Below, one piece after another: positions 27,509 to 37,084 of a DNA stretch of 64,000 nucleotides. The notes below the pieces were generated by a model that had not been told where the DNA came from, did no database searches, and was given only the letters and a program-made list of their open reading frames with translations. The stretch's first letter is position 1. Each line of letters begins with the position of its first letter. This DNA is from an uncultured delta proteobacterium (GTDB lineage: Bacteria; Myxococcota_A; Polyangia; Fen-1088): contig CAWCMR010000012.1 in the NCBI GenBank assembly GCA_963796685.1, positions 35,872-99,871 on the forward strand. The letters run 5' to 3'. A program made the position numbers and the translations under genes.

Positions 27509-30244
27509 CAGAATTCTCCCTTCAGGCCGAGGATCGGGTAAATGGGCAATCCCTGACTGTACTGCATCTTCTTGAAGTCGAAGTTGTACTGGGGTTGCTC
27601 GGGGTTGGCGTGGTCGGTGACATTCTGCAGATCCAGATAGGCCGTCAGCATCCAGGTGTTGTAGATCCAGCGCTTGTCCACGCGGATGTCGAGTTGGTAG
27701 AAGGCGGGCACGCGGCTGGAGTAGGTGTTGGGACTGTAGATCGCGGTGTAGCCGCCGACGTTGGTCGAGGAATCGAAGATCGAGCCGGTGACGGGCGTGG
27801 CGGGATCACCCGTGACGTAGCGGAAGCGCGAGCCGATTTGCCAGTTGCGCGGCAGGGAATACGAGCCGAAGAGGGTCAGGATGTGCGTCTGGTCGTACTG
27901 GAACAATCGGTAGGAGGTCGCGCCCGAGTCGCGGCGCTCGGCGCGCATGAGGGTGTAGGCGAGCCAGCCCACGAACTTGCGCGTGAGCTCGTGCTTGGCG
28001 ACGAGCTCGAGGCCGTAGACGCGGCCGAGCCCGTTGTTGTCGTAGCGCGGAGCGGAGGTGTCGCCGTTCAAAGAGGCCGGGGTGATGCTCACCATGTTGC
28101 TCAGATCCTTGTAGAACCCGGTCGCATCCAGCACGAGGTATTTGCGCGGCTTCCATTCTGCGCCGGCCGAGTAGTGAATCGCGCGCTCAGGCTTCAGGCT
28201 GGGCGTGCCGAACACCGGGTCGGTCTGGTCGAAGCTCGGCTGTTGGTAGAAGAGCCCGACGCCGCCCTTGAGCGTGACCTGAGAGGTGAGCTCGTAGCGG
28301 GTGGTAAAGCGCGGCGCGATCGTGGACTGGGAAACCGAAGCGAAGTAGTCGGCGCGAATCCCGGGCAAGAGCAGGAGTTGCTTGATGGGGCGCCACTCCA
28401 GCTCGACGAAGGCGCCGGCCGGCCAGAAGTAGCCTTTGTTGTTGATCTCCTGGTGGAGGGTTTGCCCCAGTGAGCCGATGCCGGTGACGGTCTGTCCCTC
28501 CTGGGGCGGATGGGGCAGATTGAACACGCCGCTGATGCTGCCATACTGGATGTCGAGGCCGCCGGTGAGCGCCAAGCCCTTGGACCACTCGTAGCGGGCG
28601 GTGTCGCGAAAGTGCGTGAAGGCCAGGTCGTAGTTGAGGATGAAATTGAAGAACTGGATGTCGAGATTGTCCTTGCCGTACGAGAACCGCATGGTGTTCT
28701 CGAAGTGGTCGTTGGGCACGAACTTGTAGGTCAGAAGGCCCCGGTAGAAACCCGTGTGGTCCGAGATTTGATTGCCCGAAATCTGAGTCCCCAGGCGGGC
28801 GGCGTTGCGGAGGATGACGTGGAAGCTGTCGTCCGAGCCGAAGATGAAGAGGCGCAGGTCGTGGGCCGGCGCGGGACGGTAATTGGCCAGGAACTGATAA
28901 TCGTAGTAGCGCGGCAGCTGCAGCCCGGAGACGGGAGCGTCCGAGGGGATGGCCTGCTCGACCAAGTAGTCGACGTAGCTGCGCCGGGCTGCGACCGCGA
29001 TGGAGAATTTCTTGCTGATGGGGGCTTCGAGGTAGACGCCGGCGTCGAACAGGTTGATGTCGGCGTAGCCGCCCACCTTCTTGGGTTTGAGTTTCTTGAT
29101 GCCGACGTCCACGATGCCGCCGGTGGCGTCGCTGTAGTAGGGCGAGAAATTGCCCGGGTAGAACTCCAGGTTGTCGATCATGCCGACCGGCAAGACGCTG
29201 CGCAGCCCGCCGAAGTGGTACACGATGGGCACCTGCGTGCCATCGAAGAAGAACTTGGTGTCATAGGGGGCGGAGCCGCGCACGATGATCTCGCCCGAGA
29301 AGGCCTGCGCTCGCGCCACGCCGGCGAAGTTCTGGATCACGGTCAGGGGGTCGCCAGCGGCGCCGGGCATTTTCTCGATGACCGCGCTCTCGATGACCAC
29401 GCGGCTGACCTCCTTGCGTTCGCGCTTGGCCTCGACGACCACGTCGAAGGGGTTGTACGAGCCCTTCTCGATGTAGTACTTGGCCTGGGTGCGCTCGCCG
29501 GGATGGATCTCCTCGGTGGTGCGGAACGGGTAGTAGTTGGGCGGCTCGATGCGCACCTTCCACTCGCCCGGCGCGAGAATCGAAGAAATGGAAGGCGCCG
29601 CTGGCGTCGGTGATGTTTTCGAAGCCGATCGGGGTATCGCCCTCGCTGCGAAATACGGTGACCAGGATGCCGGCCATCGGCAGGCGCGTACCACGCTCGA
29701 CCAACGTTCCCGTGAAGTTCTCGACCGGCGCCGGCGCGGGCTTCGCCGCGACCGGGGCAGTCGGCGGCGGAGGCTCGGGCGCCGGGGGCTTCGGCACCGG
29801 GAAGGTGAAGGTGTAGTTGATTTGCACCTCGGTGGGTTTGCCGGCCAGCTCGGCCGGCTCGAATTCCAGGTCGTAGGCCGCCGTCAGCGCTGCCTCTTCG
29901 AAGCCGAGCCCGGTGGGGGTCTTGGGCTCGAGGACCGCGGCCCCCTTGACCTGCCCCTTGTCGTCCAGATCGATGAGCAGCACCACCCGGACGTCCTGGG
30001 TGACCTTGCCGATGGCCTCCTTGGGGTAGGTGACCTTGGCCTGGCGGATGAGCTTGGGCGGCTTGCTCAGCTGATCGGCGTCGATGGTGCCGCCGCTCTC
30101 CTTGCCCGAGATGCCGGCCTCGCCGGTGCGAGCCGCCGCGGCCTTGCTGTCCTCGTCGCCGCTCTCTTCCGCGGCCCGGGCGGCGCTGATGGGAAAGAAT
30201 GATGCGACAAGCCCCAGTGCGAGCGCGCGTTGGTACGCGTTCAT
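27508..30244 (-). CDS. TonB-dependent receptor with N-terminal TonB_C and carboxypeptidase-regulatory-like domains; frameshift at ~29578
   Basis: Signal peptide, YPKEA..V.L.ID..G.V..FEPA (TonB_C), plug IIVRGSAP/YPGNF and a barrel ending GLKGEF. Removing one base gives FFDLAPGEW. Confidence 0.85.
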
Positions 30245-31617
30245 GGCTTGGGCTCCAGGCTGGCCGAGCCGGTCGTCCAGGTCACGCCACCGCGATTGTC
30301 CGTCACCACCACGATGAGCCGTGCCATGTTGTTCCCGTAGTAGTCCTCGGACTTGGGCAAGGTCCACTGGTTGTCGGTCGCGCCGGAGAAGGGCGAATCG
30401 ACGTCATCCGGAAAACCCAGGAAGCCGGTCCGGTAGCCGCCTTCGCCGTCGCTGCCGAAATCGCCCGCCTCGGTATACCAGCGCAGGTTCAGTCGCTCGG
30501 AGATCCGCCTGGCGAGCGTCCGACCCGTGCCATCGGGCTTCATGTTCGGGTTGCTGGCGCTGTCGAAGGCATCGGCTTGCGCCGTCGGCAAGGTCTCCGC
30601 GGACGCTTGCGGAACCTGGGCGTGCAATTTGATGCGCTCTTGCCGGGGCAGCGTGGTCGAGAAAGCGTCGTCGAGAAGCACGCCGAATGTCGGCGCGATG
30701 GTCTCCGCGGGCAGCTCGGCGGCGTCCACGGTCGGCGAGGCTTCTGCGAGGTCGATAGCGCCTTCCGCGTCGAGCGAGCTCTCCGCGTCGATGCCGGGCC
30801 CGCCCGTATCGACGCCGGGCCCGCCCGCATCGATCGCGGCAGGCGAGACCGCATCGGTCTGCGTGTCCACTGCGGCGGCACCGCCGTCGGGGGCTCCGCC
30901 CCAGGTGGCCTGGATGCCGCCGACCACCGGGTTCTGGTTGCCTGGCGTGCTGTCGTCCCGGGGCAGCAGTACGGTGAACACGGTGGTCAGGGTCGGGCCG
31001 AAGTTGTCCTGCGGGGGTGAGCCACAGGGCGGCGTGTAGCGCAAGGTGATGGTCACGGGATACCCGAACCTGGGCTGGCCGCTCTGATCCAGGTCACAGT
31101 CGAACATGGTAGGTCCGCCGCCGCCGTCTGGCGTGGCCGAGCCGGCTCCCGCATCTGGCTTCGGGAACACATTGATGGCACCGGTACAAAGACCATCGAG
31201 GATCTGGGCCGGGAAGGGATTGGTCAGGGTCGCGGTCTCGCCGGTCCCGAGGTCAATCTCGCCCGTCGCGGGGTCGACTTGCAGCGCTTGGCCCAGACCC
31301 AACTGCCGGGCGAGAGCATCCACATCGGCCTGCTGGACGTGGCACTTGTAGCCATCGCTGCTGCTCGTGGGCACCGGGCACCAAGACCAATGGTACTGGG
31401 CCGCGGGATCGACGCCGGCGCAGATCGCGGCGTCGCTGTGCACGGGCGGCAGGTAGATCAAGGCCCGCAAGGTCGTCGAGGTGCCGACGCTCGGCTGGGG
31501 CGGCTCGGCTTGGATGGCGAGCACGCGCGGGGCCTTGAGCAATTGCGGGGTGTTGAAGCTGTTGTTGTTACAGCCGAGGAGTGCCAGTGCACCAACGAGG
31601 AAGATGGATTTGCGCAT
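30241..31617 (-). CDS. TBDR-associated lipoprotein
   Basis: Lipobox LLGC, PRVLAIQAEPP, WSWC, NQNP and VVVTDNRGGVTW. ATGA overlap with the TBDR. Confidence 0.8.
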   Translation of the reverse strand: MRKSIFLVGALALLGCNNNSFNTPQLLKAPRVLAIQAEPPQPSVGTSTTLRALIYLPPVHSDAAICAGVDPAAQYHWSWCPVPTSSSDGYKCHVQQADVDALARQLGLGQALQVDPATGEIDLGTGETATLTNPFPAQILDGLCTGAINVFPKPDAGAGSATPDGGGGPTMFDCDLDQSGQPRFGYPVTITLRYTPPCGSPPQDNFGPTLTTVFTVLLPRDDSTPGNQNPVVGGIQATWGGAPDGGAAAVDTQTDAVSPAAIDAGGPGVDTGGPGIDAESSLDAEGAIDLAEASPTVDAAELPAETIAPTFGVLLDDAFSTTLPRQERIKLHAQVPQASAETLPTAQADAFDSASNPNMKPDGTGRTLARRISERLNLRWYTEAGDFGSDGEGGYRTGFLGFPDDVDSPFSGATDNQWTLPKSEDYYGNNMARLIVVVTDNRGGVTWTTGSASLEPKP

Positions 31618-31619
31618 GG

Positions 31620-32591
31620 TTAGTCATCCGTGAGGCGAAAACGGTAGGAGTACTTCTTGGTCGAGGCCATGGGCTCGCCGTTGCGGGTGGCCGGTTCCCA
31701 TGTCTGGGCCAGGGCGGCCTTCTTGGCGGCCTCGTTGAATTCAGGGTAGGGGGATTCGTGCAGGATCTTGACGTTGGTTACCTTGCCGGTGGCATCGATG
31801 AAGACCAGGACCTCGACGTCGCTTTCGACCCCCTGGGCCTTCAGCGTGGGCGGATAGGCGGGCTTGATCTGCTGGCCCCGGTACTTCGCCTCACCGAAGA
31901 CCACGCCCTTGCTCGGGATGCGCGTGGCGACCTGGTTCACCGTGGTCGGCTTTTCCGTGCCGTGCACCGGGGCCGGACGCTCCTTGGGGACGTCTTCTTT
32001 CTTGACCGCGATCTTGTCGGTTTCGCCGAGGCGCGTGTTGCCCACGGCAAAGGCTGGCCCCTCGCCGCTGCCCTCGCCGACCGTCGACTCGAAGCTCAGG
32101 CCCACGATGCGCGGCGGGGGCTTCTTCTCGGGCTCCTTGGGCGGCTCCTCGATCTTGGGCGCTGGCGGAGCCTTCACCACGGCGACCCTCTCGACCTCTT
32201 TCTTGGGCTCGGGCGTCTTCTCCGGCTCGGCCGGCTTGGGCTTCTCCGCCTCGTGCTCGCGCATTTCGATGGCCAGGCGCTCGCGTGCCTTGTCGCGCTG
32301 GGCGCCAAGGCTGCCCACGCCAAAGGCCATGATCACGAAGCCCACGTGCAGGCCCACCGACACCAGCAGCACGACAATGCCGATGGCCGCGCGCACCCAG
32401 CCGGGCATGCGGCGCTGGTCGCGGGGGGAGCGGAATTCGGCGTGGATGGGCACTCGCACGTGCGCCATCGTGCGCGTGCGCGAAGCCTGACGCCGCCGCG
32501 CGCGCTTCTCGACGAACGGGTTGGTCCGGGCCGGCCGCGGCTTTCGTCCGGGCTCGCCGTTCGGTTGTTGCGACGTGGGCGTGGCAGTCAT
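31620..32591 (-). CDS. tonB: Energy transducer TonB
   Basis: TM helix with SVGLH, Pro/Lys/Glu-rich spacer and C-terminal PAYP..V.V.ID..G.V..WEPA. Confidence 0.88.
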   Translation of the reverse strand: MTATPTSQQPNGEPGRKPRPARTNPFVEKRARRRQASRTRTMAHVRVPIHAEFRSPRDQRRMPGWVRAAIGIVVLLVSVGLHVGFVIMAFGVGSLGAQRDKARERLAIEMREHEAEKPKPAEPEKTPEPKKEVERVAVVKAPPAPKIEEPPKEPEKKPPPRIVGLSFESTVGEGSGEGPAFAVGNTRLGETDKIAVKKEDVPKERPAPVHGTEKPTTVNQVATRIPSKGVVFGEAKYRGQQIKPAYPPTLKAQGVESDVEVLVFIDATGKVTNVKILHESPYPEFNEAAKKAALAQTWEPATRNGEPMASTKKYSYRFRLTDD

Positions 32592-32606
32592 CGGGAATGA
32601 AATCGG

Positions 32607-33035
32607 CTAGGGTGAGGGTGGCGCCGTATGACGCTCAACGTCGAGGGCGAAGGCGGAGACGCCGTTGCGTTTGACGAGGTCGATGAGATCCACGACGTGG
32701 CCGTACTCGACCCCCTTGTCGGCGGCGATGACCGCCTGCAACTTGGGATTGGCCGCGCTCTCGCGTTTCACGAAGCCGCCGATCTCGGCGATGGTCGAGG
32801 GCGCGCCGTTGAGCATCAGACTGCCGTCCTTGTCGCACACGATGTTGACCGTGGACTCGACGCGCGCGCCGCCGGTGGCGGCCTTGGGCAGGTTGACCAC
32901 CATGCTGGCGCGCACGATGGCGATGGAGGTCAGCATGAAGATGATGAGGAGCACGAGCACGATGTCGACGAAGGGGATGATGTTGATGCTGGCGAGCAGC
33001 CCTTCGTCCTCGCCATTGCTGGGTTGGGCGGCCAT
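32607..33035 (-). CDS. exbD: Biopolymer transporter ExbD/TolR
   Basis: INIIPFVDIVLVLLIIFM, VNLPKA and IAADK.V.YG.VV. Confidence 0.92.
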   Translation of the reverse strand: MAAQPSNGEDEGLLASINIIPFVDIVLVLLIIFMLTSIAIVRASMVVNLPKAATGGARVESTVNIVCDKDGSLMLNGAPSTIAEIGGFVKRESAANPKLQAVIAADKGVEYGHVVDLIDLVKRNGVSAFALDVERHTAPPSP

Positions 33036-33037
33036 GG

Positions 33038-33697
33038 CTACTCCTTGGCGGTCTTGCCGGCCGACTTGAGCTCGGCCATGAGCACGCGGGTAAGCCCGTC
33101 GGTGTTGGTTACCGCGTCCTTGACCATGCCCTTGAACACGTTGTAGGCCACGACCGCCGGGATGGCGACCAGGAGGCCGACCGCGGTGGCAACCAGGGCC
33201 TCGGCGATGCCGGCCATGACGCCGGTGCTGGCGTTGGCGATATCCTTCGACATCTCCTTGAATGAACGGATGATCCCGAGCACCGTGCCGAACAGGCCGA
33301 TGAAGGGCGCGTTCGAGGCCAGCGTCGCCAAGATCGACAGGCGGCGTTCGTACTCGGACTTGCCACGGCTCAGGGCACCGGCGATCAGCTCCTCGACCGA
33401 CTCCGGGCCCTTTTCATAGCCGCGCAGCCCAGCCAGGGCGACGTTGGTCTCCAGGCTGTCGTGCTTGGCGAGCAGCTTGGCCGCGGCGTCGAAATCGCCC
33501 TTGTCGAGAGCCTTGGCGAATTCGGCCTTGATGGCTTCGAAGTCGATCTTCCGCCGCCGGTAGAAGAACCAGCGCTCGACCATGACCGCGACGGAGAGCA
33601 GCGAGAGGCCAAGCAGGAGCCAGAGCACCCACTCGGAACGAAAGACAGGCAAGGATAACAGGCGTTGGACGATTCCTTCGGCAGCGTTCGTGTTCAT
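33038..33697 (-). CDS. exbB: ExbB/TolQ/MotA proton-channel protein
   Basis: APFIGLFGTVLGII and GIAEALVATAVGLLVAIPA. Confidence 0.92.
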   Translation of the reverse strand: MNTNAAEGIVQRLLSLPVFRSEWVLWLLLGLSLLSVAVMVERWFFYRRRKIDFEAIKAEFAKALDKGDFDAAAKLLAKHDSLETNVALAGLRGYEKGPESVEELIAGALSRGKSEYERRLSILATLASNAPFIGLFGTVLGIIRSFKEMSKDIANASTGVMAGIAEALVATAVGLLVAIPAVVAYNVFKGMVKDAVTNTDGLTRVLMAELKSAGKTAKE

Positions 33698-33742
33698 GAC
33701 TTCTTCCTGGGTAATACCGGAGCGGCGAACCTAAGTAACACC

Positions 33743-33772
33743 GTAGCGGAAGTTTTTTGTCACCACCGCTAC
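33743..33772. promoter_or_regulatory. Inverted repeat upstream of exbB (candidate operator)
   Basis: GTAGCGG-16 nt-CCGCTAC in an AT-richer promoter region. Confidence 0.4.
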
Positions 33773-33825
33773 ACAATTGCAACCATGCGTTGTCCGGCTG
33801 CGGTTTCGGCAGCAGCGCGGACGGT

Positions 33826-34524
33826 CTACTTGTCGCCGGCGCCACCCACGAGGCCGTTCATCTTCCTCGGGTCGAAGGGCTTGGGCTTCTTGGTGATGGC
33901 GGCTTTGGCTCCCGTCCCCGTCGCGGACAGCTCCATGGTCGCGGCCGGGATTTGCATGGCCGAGGGAGCGTTCTTGTCGACGTCGGGCGTGGTGATGACC
34001 TTGACCAAGCCCAAGGGCGACACGGTTTCGTTTACCCAAACGTCCACCGTGCCCATGGCGTTCTTGTCGCGGTAGTGGCTGGTCTTGAACGTCCCGCCTG
34101 CCACCTTGAGATCTTCCTTGGCCACCAGGTTCTTGGGATCCGGATGCTCGAAGCTCTGCACCGGGGTGTCGGGTGGGACGAACATGGGGGCGTCGTTGCC
34201 GAACTGCATGACCATGGGTTTGGGGGCCTTCTCGCCGCTGGTCGGATCCGCGGGCAGCACCATGCGCAGCACGACCGGCTTGGCGACCGGGCCGCCCTTG
34301 GTCGTCATCTCCAGGGTGTTCGACTTGCCGTCGCGGGCCACCAGTGCCCAGCGCGACGACAAGGTGATGGTCCCCATGGTCATGGTGTATTCGGCCCAGG
34401 AGCCGATCGCGACCTTTCTCATGTCCACGACCAGGGGCATGCCGCCCGGTACACCAGGGCCTTGGGCGCTGGCGGAGATGGGGAGCAGCAAGGTGGCGAG
34501 GGCGAGGGCTTGGAAAATACGCAT
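33826..34524 (-). CDS. Secreted hypothetical protein
   Basis: Signal peptide ending ASA-Q, coding-like composition and the motif V.GGTFKT.HY...VWV..V.PLGLVK. Confidence 0.75.
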   Translation of the reverse strand: MRIFQALALATLLLPISASAQGPGVPGGMPLVVDMRKVAIGSWAEYTMTMGTITLSSRWALVARDGKSNTLEMTTKGGPVAKPVVLRMVLPADPTSGEKAPKPMVMQFGNDAPMFVPPDTPVQSFEHPDPKNLVAKEDLKVAGGTFKTSHYRDKNAMGTVDVWVNETVSPLGLVKVITTPDVDKNAPSAMQIPAATMELSATGTGAKAAITKKPKPFDPRKMNGLVGGAGDK

Positions 34525-34641
34525 GAGAGATCCTTTCGCGCTTGTCTACCCCATGACGACGATCTTTGCTTCGGTCTTTCGCAGTGACACGGCCCGCGCG
34601 CGTTCCTGCCCCGCGGTGCTACGGTGAGTCAACGGAGAGCC

Positions 34642-36972
34642 TTACGGGACGTCGGACCTTCGCGTCCACAGCCCGACGTCGCCCGCGGTGGCGTGGAGGT
34701 CGAACTGGCGTTCGATGGCGGGCTTGGCCTTGCTGGCATAGTCGCACGATGGCCGCAAGACCAGCGCATCGACCCCGCGCAAGGCAGCCTGGGTGTCGTT
34801 CTCGACCTGGCTCTCGGTGAGCGTCTTCTCGGGATCGCGCTTGACCAGGCCGGCGGGTCGGTAGATGCCGAGGGGTGGATCGCCTCCACAGCCGAGCCAG
34901 GCGATGCGCAGCAGGGGCGTTGTCTCCGGCAATGCTGGGGAATTCGCGCGCAGCTTGGTGATGCGCCAGTCCCCCGATGCCCGCGGCGGACCGTCACCGA
35001 GGACGTGGAGGGCGCTGGCGAAGACCGCCTCGCGGGCGAGATCCGCGGGGGACGAGTCGCCCATCTGAATCCGCCACAGGACGTGGGTGATGCCGAAGCT
35101 GCGCCAGAGTTGGTCGACGGCGCGAGGCCCGCCCAGCTCGAGGTATTCGATGGCCCCTTGCCAGCCGGTTTCGTCCACGACGGTGGGCACGCCAATCCCC
35201 AGGCGGTCGCGGCTTCTGTGCAAGAGGACCTTCGCGTCAGGGGGAAAGCTCTTGCCGATCTCCCGCATCTCATTGTGCACGAGGAACCGAGACTGGTACT
35301 CCTTGCGATGCCCAGCGCTGATGAACTCGATCGTCGCCTTGAGTGGGGCGTCGCCGACCATGGCGTGGGTGCGGAAGAAATAGATGTCCCCGCTCCAAAC
35401 GACCTGCGCGGCGACCAGGACCGCCACGCCGGTACGGACCCAGACACCTTCGCGCCAGGCGAGGGCGAGCGCAGCCGCCGTGCAGGCCGCCATCCACGGC
35501 ACCAGCGCTTGCAGGAACCGATCTTGGTGGCTGGTCACGAACCACACGACGATTCCCAGGTGAACCGCGATGACCAGGAGCCATATCTTGAGGGTTCGTC
35601 TGAAGCAAAGGAGCATCGGCACGGTCAGCGTGAAGAGCGACCCGAAGACCGGCGTCTCGCCATGAAAGGTGCCCCAGTCGTGGGGCACGAAGGAGAAGGT
35701 CACCAAGGTCTTGAGCGTCTCGACGGTTTTCTCGAGCAGCGTCCCGTGCAGCACGAAGGCGTCGGGCCAAAAGGCCTTTTCGAATTCCGTGGCCGCTCCG
35801 GCGAAGAAGGGGTGGTCATGCAGGATTCCGTTCAGCAGGGGGTAGAAAGGATCGCCATAGAAGATCCAGTTCTTGAGCCAGTGCGCGCTGGACAAAAGCA
35901 GCGTGGTGATCGCCCAGGCCGCGGCGGGGACTGGGCGTCGCCAGCGCACGGCCAGAACCAGCACGAACAAGGCGGATGGCAGGGCGAAGTAGCAGGCCTG
36001 GTATTTGGTCAGGACCGCGGCTGCGAGCAGAGCGCCGCCCAGCACGGCTTCACGGAGGGTGAACGAGCGTCCCATTCTGATGAGGGCGATGCCGAGGGCG
36101 GGCGCCCAGAAGGCCAGGATGTGATCGGCACCGGTGCTGAGGTTCGAATCGTAGAGAAAAATGCCCGGAAAGAGAAACAGGGCCGCCGCCGCGAAGGGCG
36201 TGCGCGCGGGGAACAGCAGCTTGCGCACCAGGACCGAGAGCGCGGGCAGGGTGGCCAGAAAGAGCACCCACTCGAGGTGCGAGGCGAGGGCTTGATGATC
36301 GAAGAGATCACCCGGCGATTGGAAGGCCCAGGTGTAGAGCAGGGAGGCAAGTTGCGGGTAGGCGCCGAGGTACCAACCCTCGGCGAAGGGTCGGATGGCC
36401 CCGGCCGCGGCGTACTGCTCGGCGATGGGCAGATGGTACCAGCTGGCGTCGTAGCTGACGTTCTGCGGAGTCAACACTTGCAGGTAGATGGCCAGTGTCG
36501 AAATCACGATGAGCACGGCGGCGAGCAGCTCGACTGCGTTCTTGGGAAGGAGCAGACGCATACCGAAGCGGCGCAGGTGCGCGCGAGCGCGACGGAAATC
36601 GCGCCACAGTTGCGCTCCGCCGAAGGCAAGCAGGCCGGCGGGCCAGGCGAAGAAGAAGACTTTGCCGAACTGTCCCGCCAAGCCGAAGAGGAAGACCCCG
36701 AGGGCGAACGCAAGCACGCCGAGTGCGAACCCGAGCGTCAGACGTTCGCCGACCCGTGGGGGATAGGGCAGCACGAGATCCAGCAGGCGTAGCCCCGCAG
36801 CAAGGCTGGCGGTCGAGAACAGGGCCGCATAGGCCCAGTACTTCACGAAGCGAAAGAACAGCCAATCGTCCACCGGGTACTGGGCGTGGACGGCGCGTAG
36901 AAAAATGGCGATCAGCACGATCAGCAGGACTAGGAGTCCGTTGCTGCTAAGTCGCGCGCGCAGGGAAGACAT
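34642..36972 (-). CDS. Polytopic GT-C-like membrane glycosyltransferase with periplasmic C-terminal domain
   Basis: Many TM helices, first-loop YDASWYHLP, YPQLASLLY, LTKYQ, KNWIFYGDPFYP and QDRF. Confidence 0.75.
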   Translation of the reverse strand: MSSLRARLSSNGLLVLLIVLIAIFLRAVHAQYPVDDWLFFRFVKYWAYAALFSTASLAAGLRLLDLVLPYPPRVGERLTLGFALGVLAFALGVFLFGLAGQFGKVFFFAWPAGLLAFGGAQLWRDFRRARAHLRRFGMRLLLPKNAVELLAAVLIVISTLAIYLQVLTPQNVSYDASWYHLPIAEQYAAAGAIRPFAEGWYLGAYPQLASLLYTWAFQSPGDLFDHQALASHLEWVLFLATLPALSVLVRKLLFPARTPFAAAALFLFPGIFLYDSNLSTGADHILAFWAPALGIALIRMGRSFTLREAVLGGALLAAAVLTKYQACYFALPSALFVLVLAVRWRRPVPAAAWAITTLLLSSAHWLKNWIFYGDPFYPLLNGILHDHPFFAGAATEFEKAFWPDAFVLHGTLLEKTVETLKTLVTFSFVPHDWGTFHGETPVFGSLFTLTVPMLLCFRRTLKIWLLVIAVHLGIVVWFVTSHQDRFLQALVPWMAACTAAALALAWREGVWVRTGVAVLVAAQVVWSGDIYFFRTHAMVGDAPLKATIEFISAGHRKEYQSRFLVHNEMREIGKSFPPDAKVLLHRSRDRLGIGVPTVVDETGWQGAIEYLELGGPRAVDQLWRSFGITHVLWRIQMGDSSPADLAREAVFASALHVLGDGPPRASGDWRITKLRANSPALPETTPLLRIAWLGCGGDPPLGIYRPAGLVKRDPEKTLTESQVENDTQAALRGVDALVLRPSCDYASKAKPAIERQFDLHATAGDVGLWTRRSDVP

Positions 36973-37084
36973 GCGGTTCTCTTTGGGGCACGTAACACGT
37001 ATGCAGCCATCATGCCACCTTCAAGTGCGCGCGAAACGGCGCGCACGCACGACCGGATCCCGACAAAGGTGTCGCGGATTTGGC

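Noticed and set aside
33698-33825. Cobalamin riboswitch or Fur box ahead of the TonB operon
   Set aside because: The region is too short and has no B12-box or GATAATGAT-like sequence.
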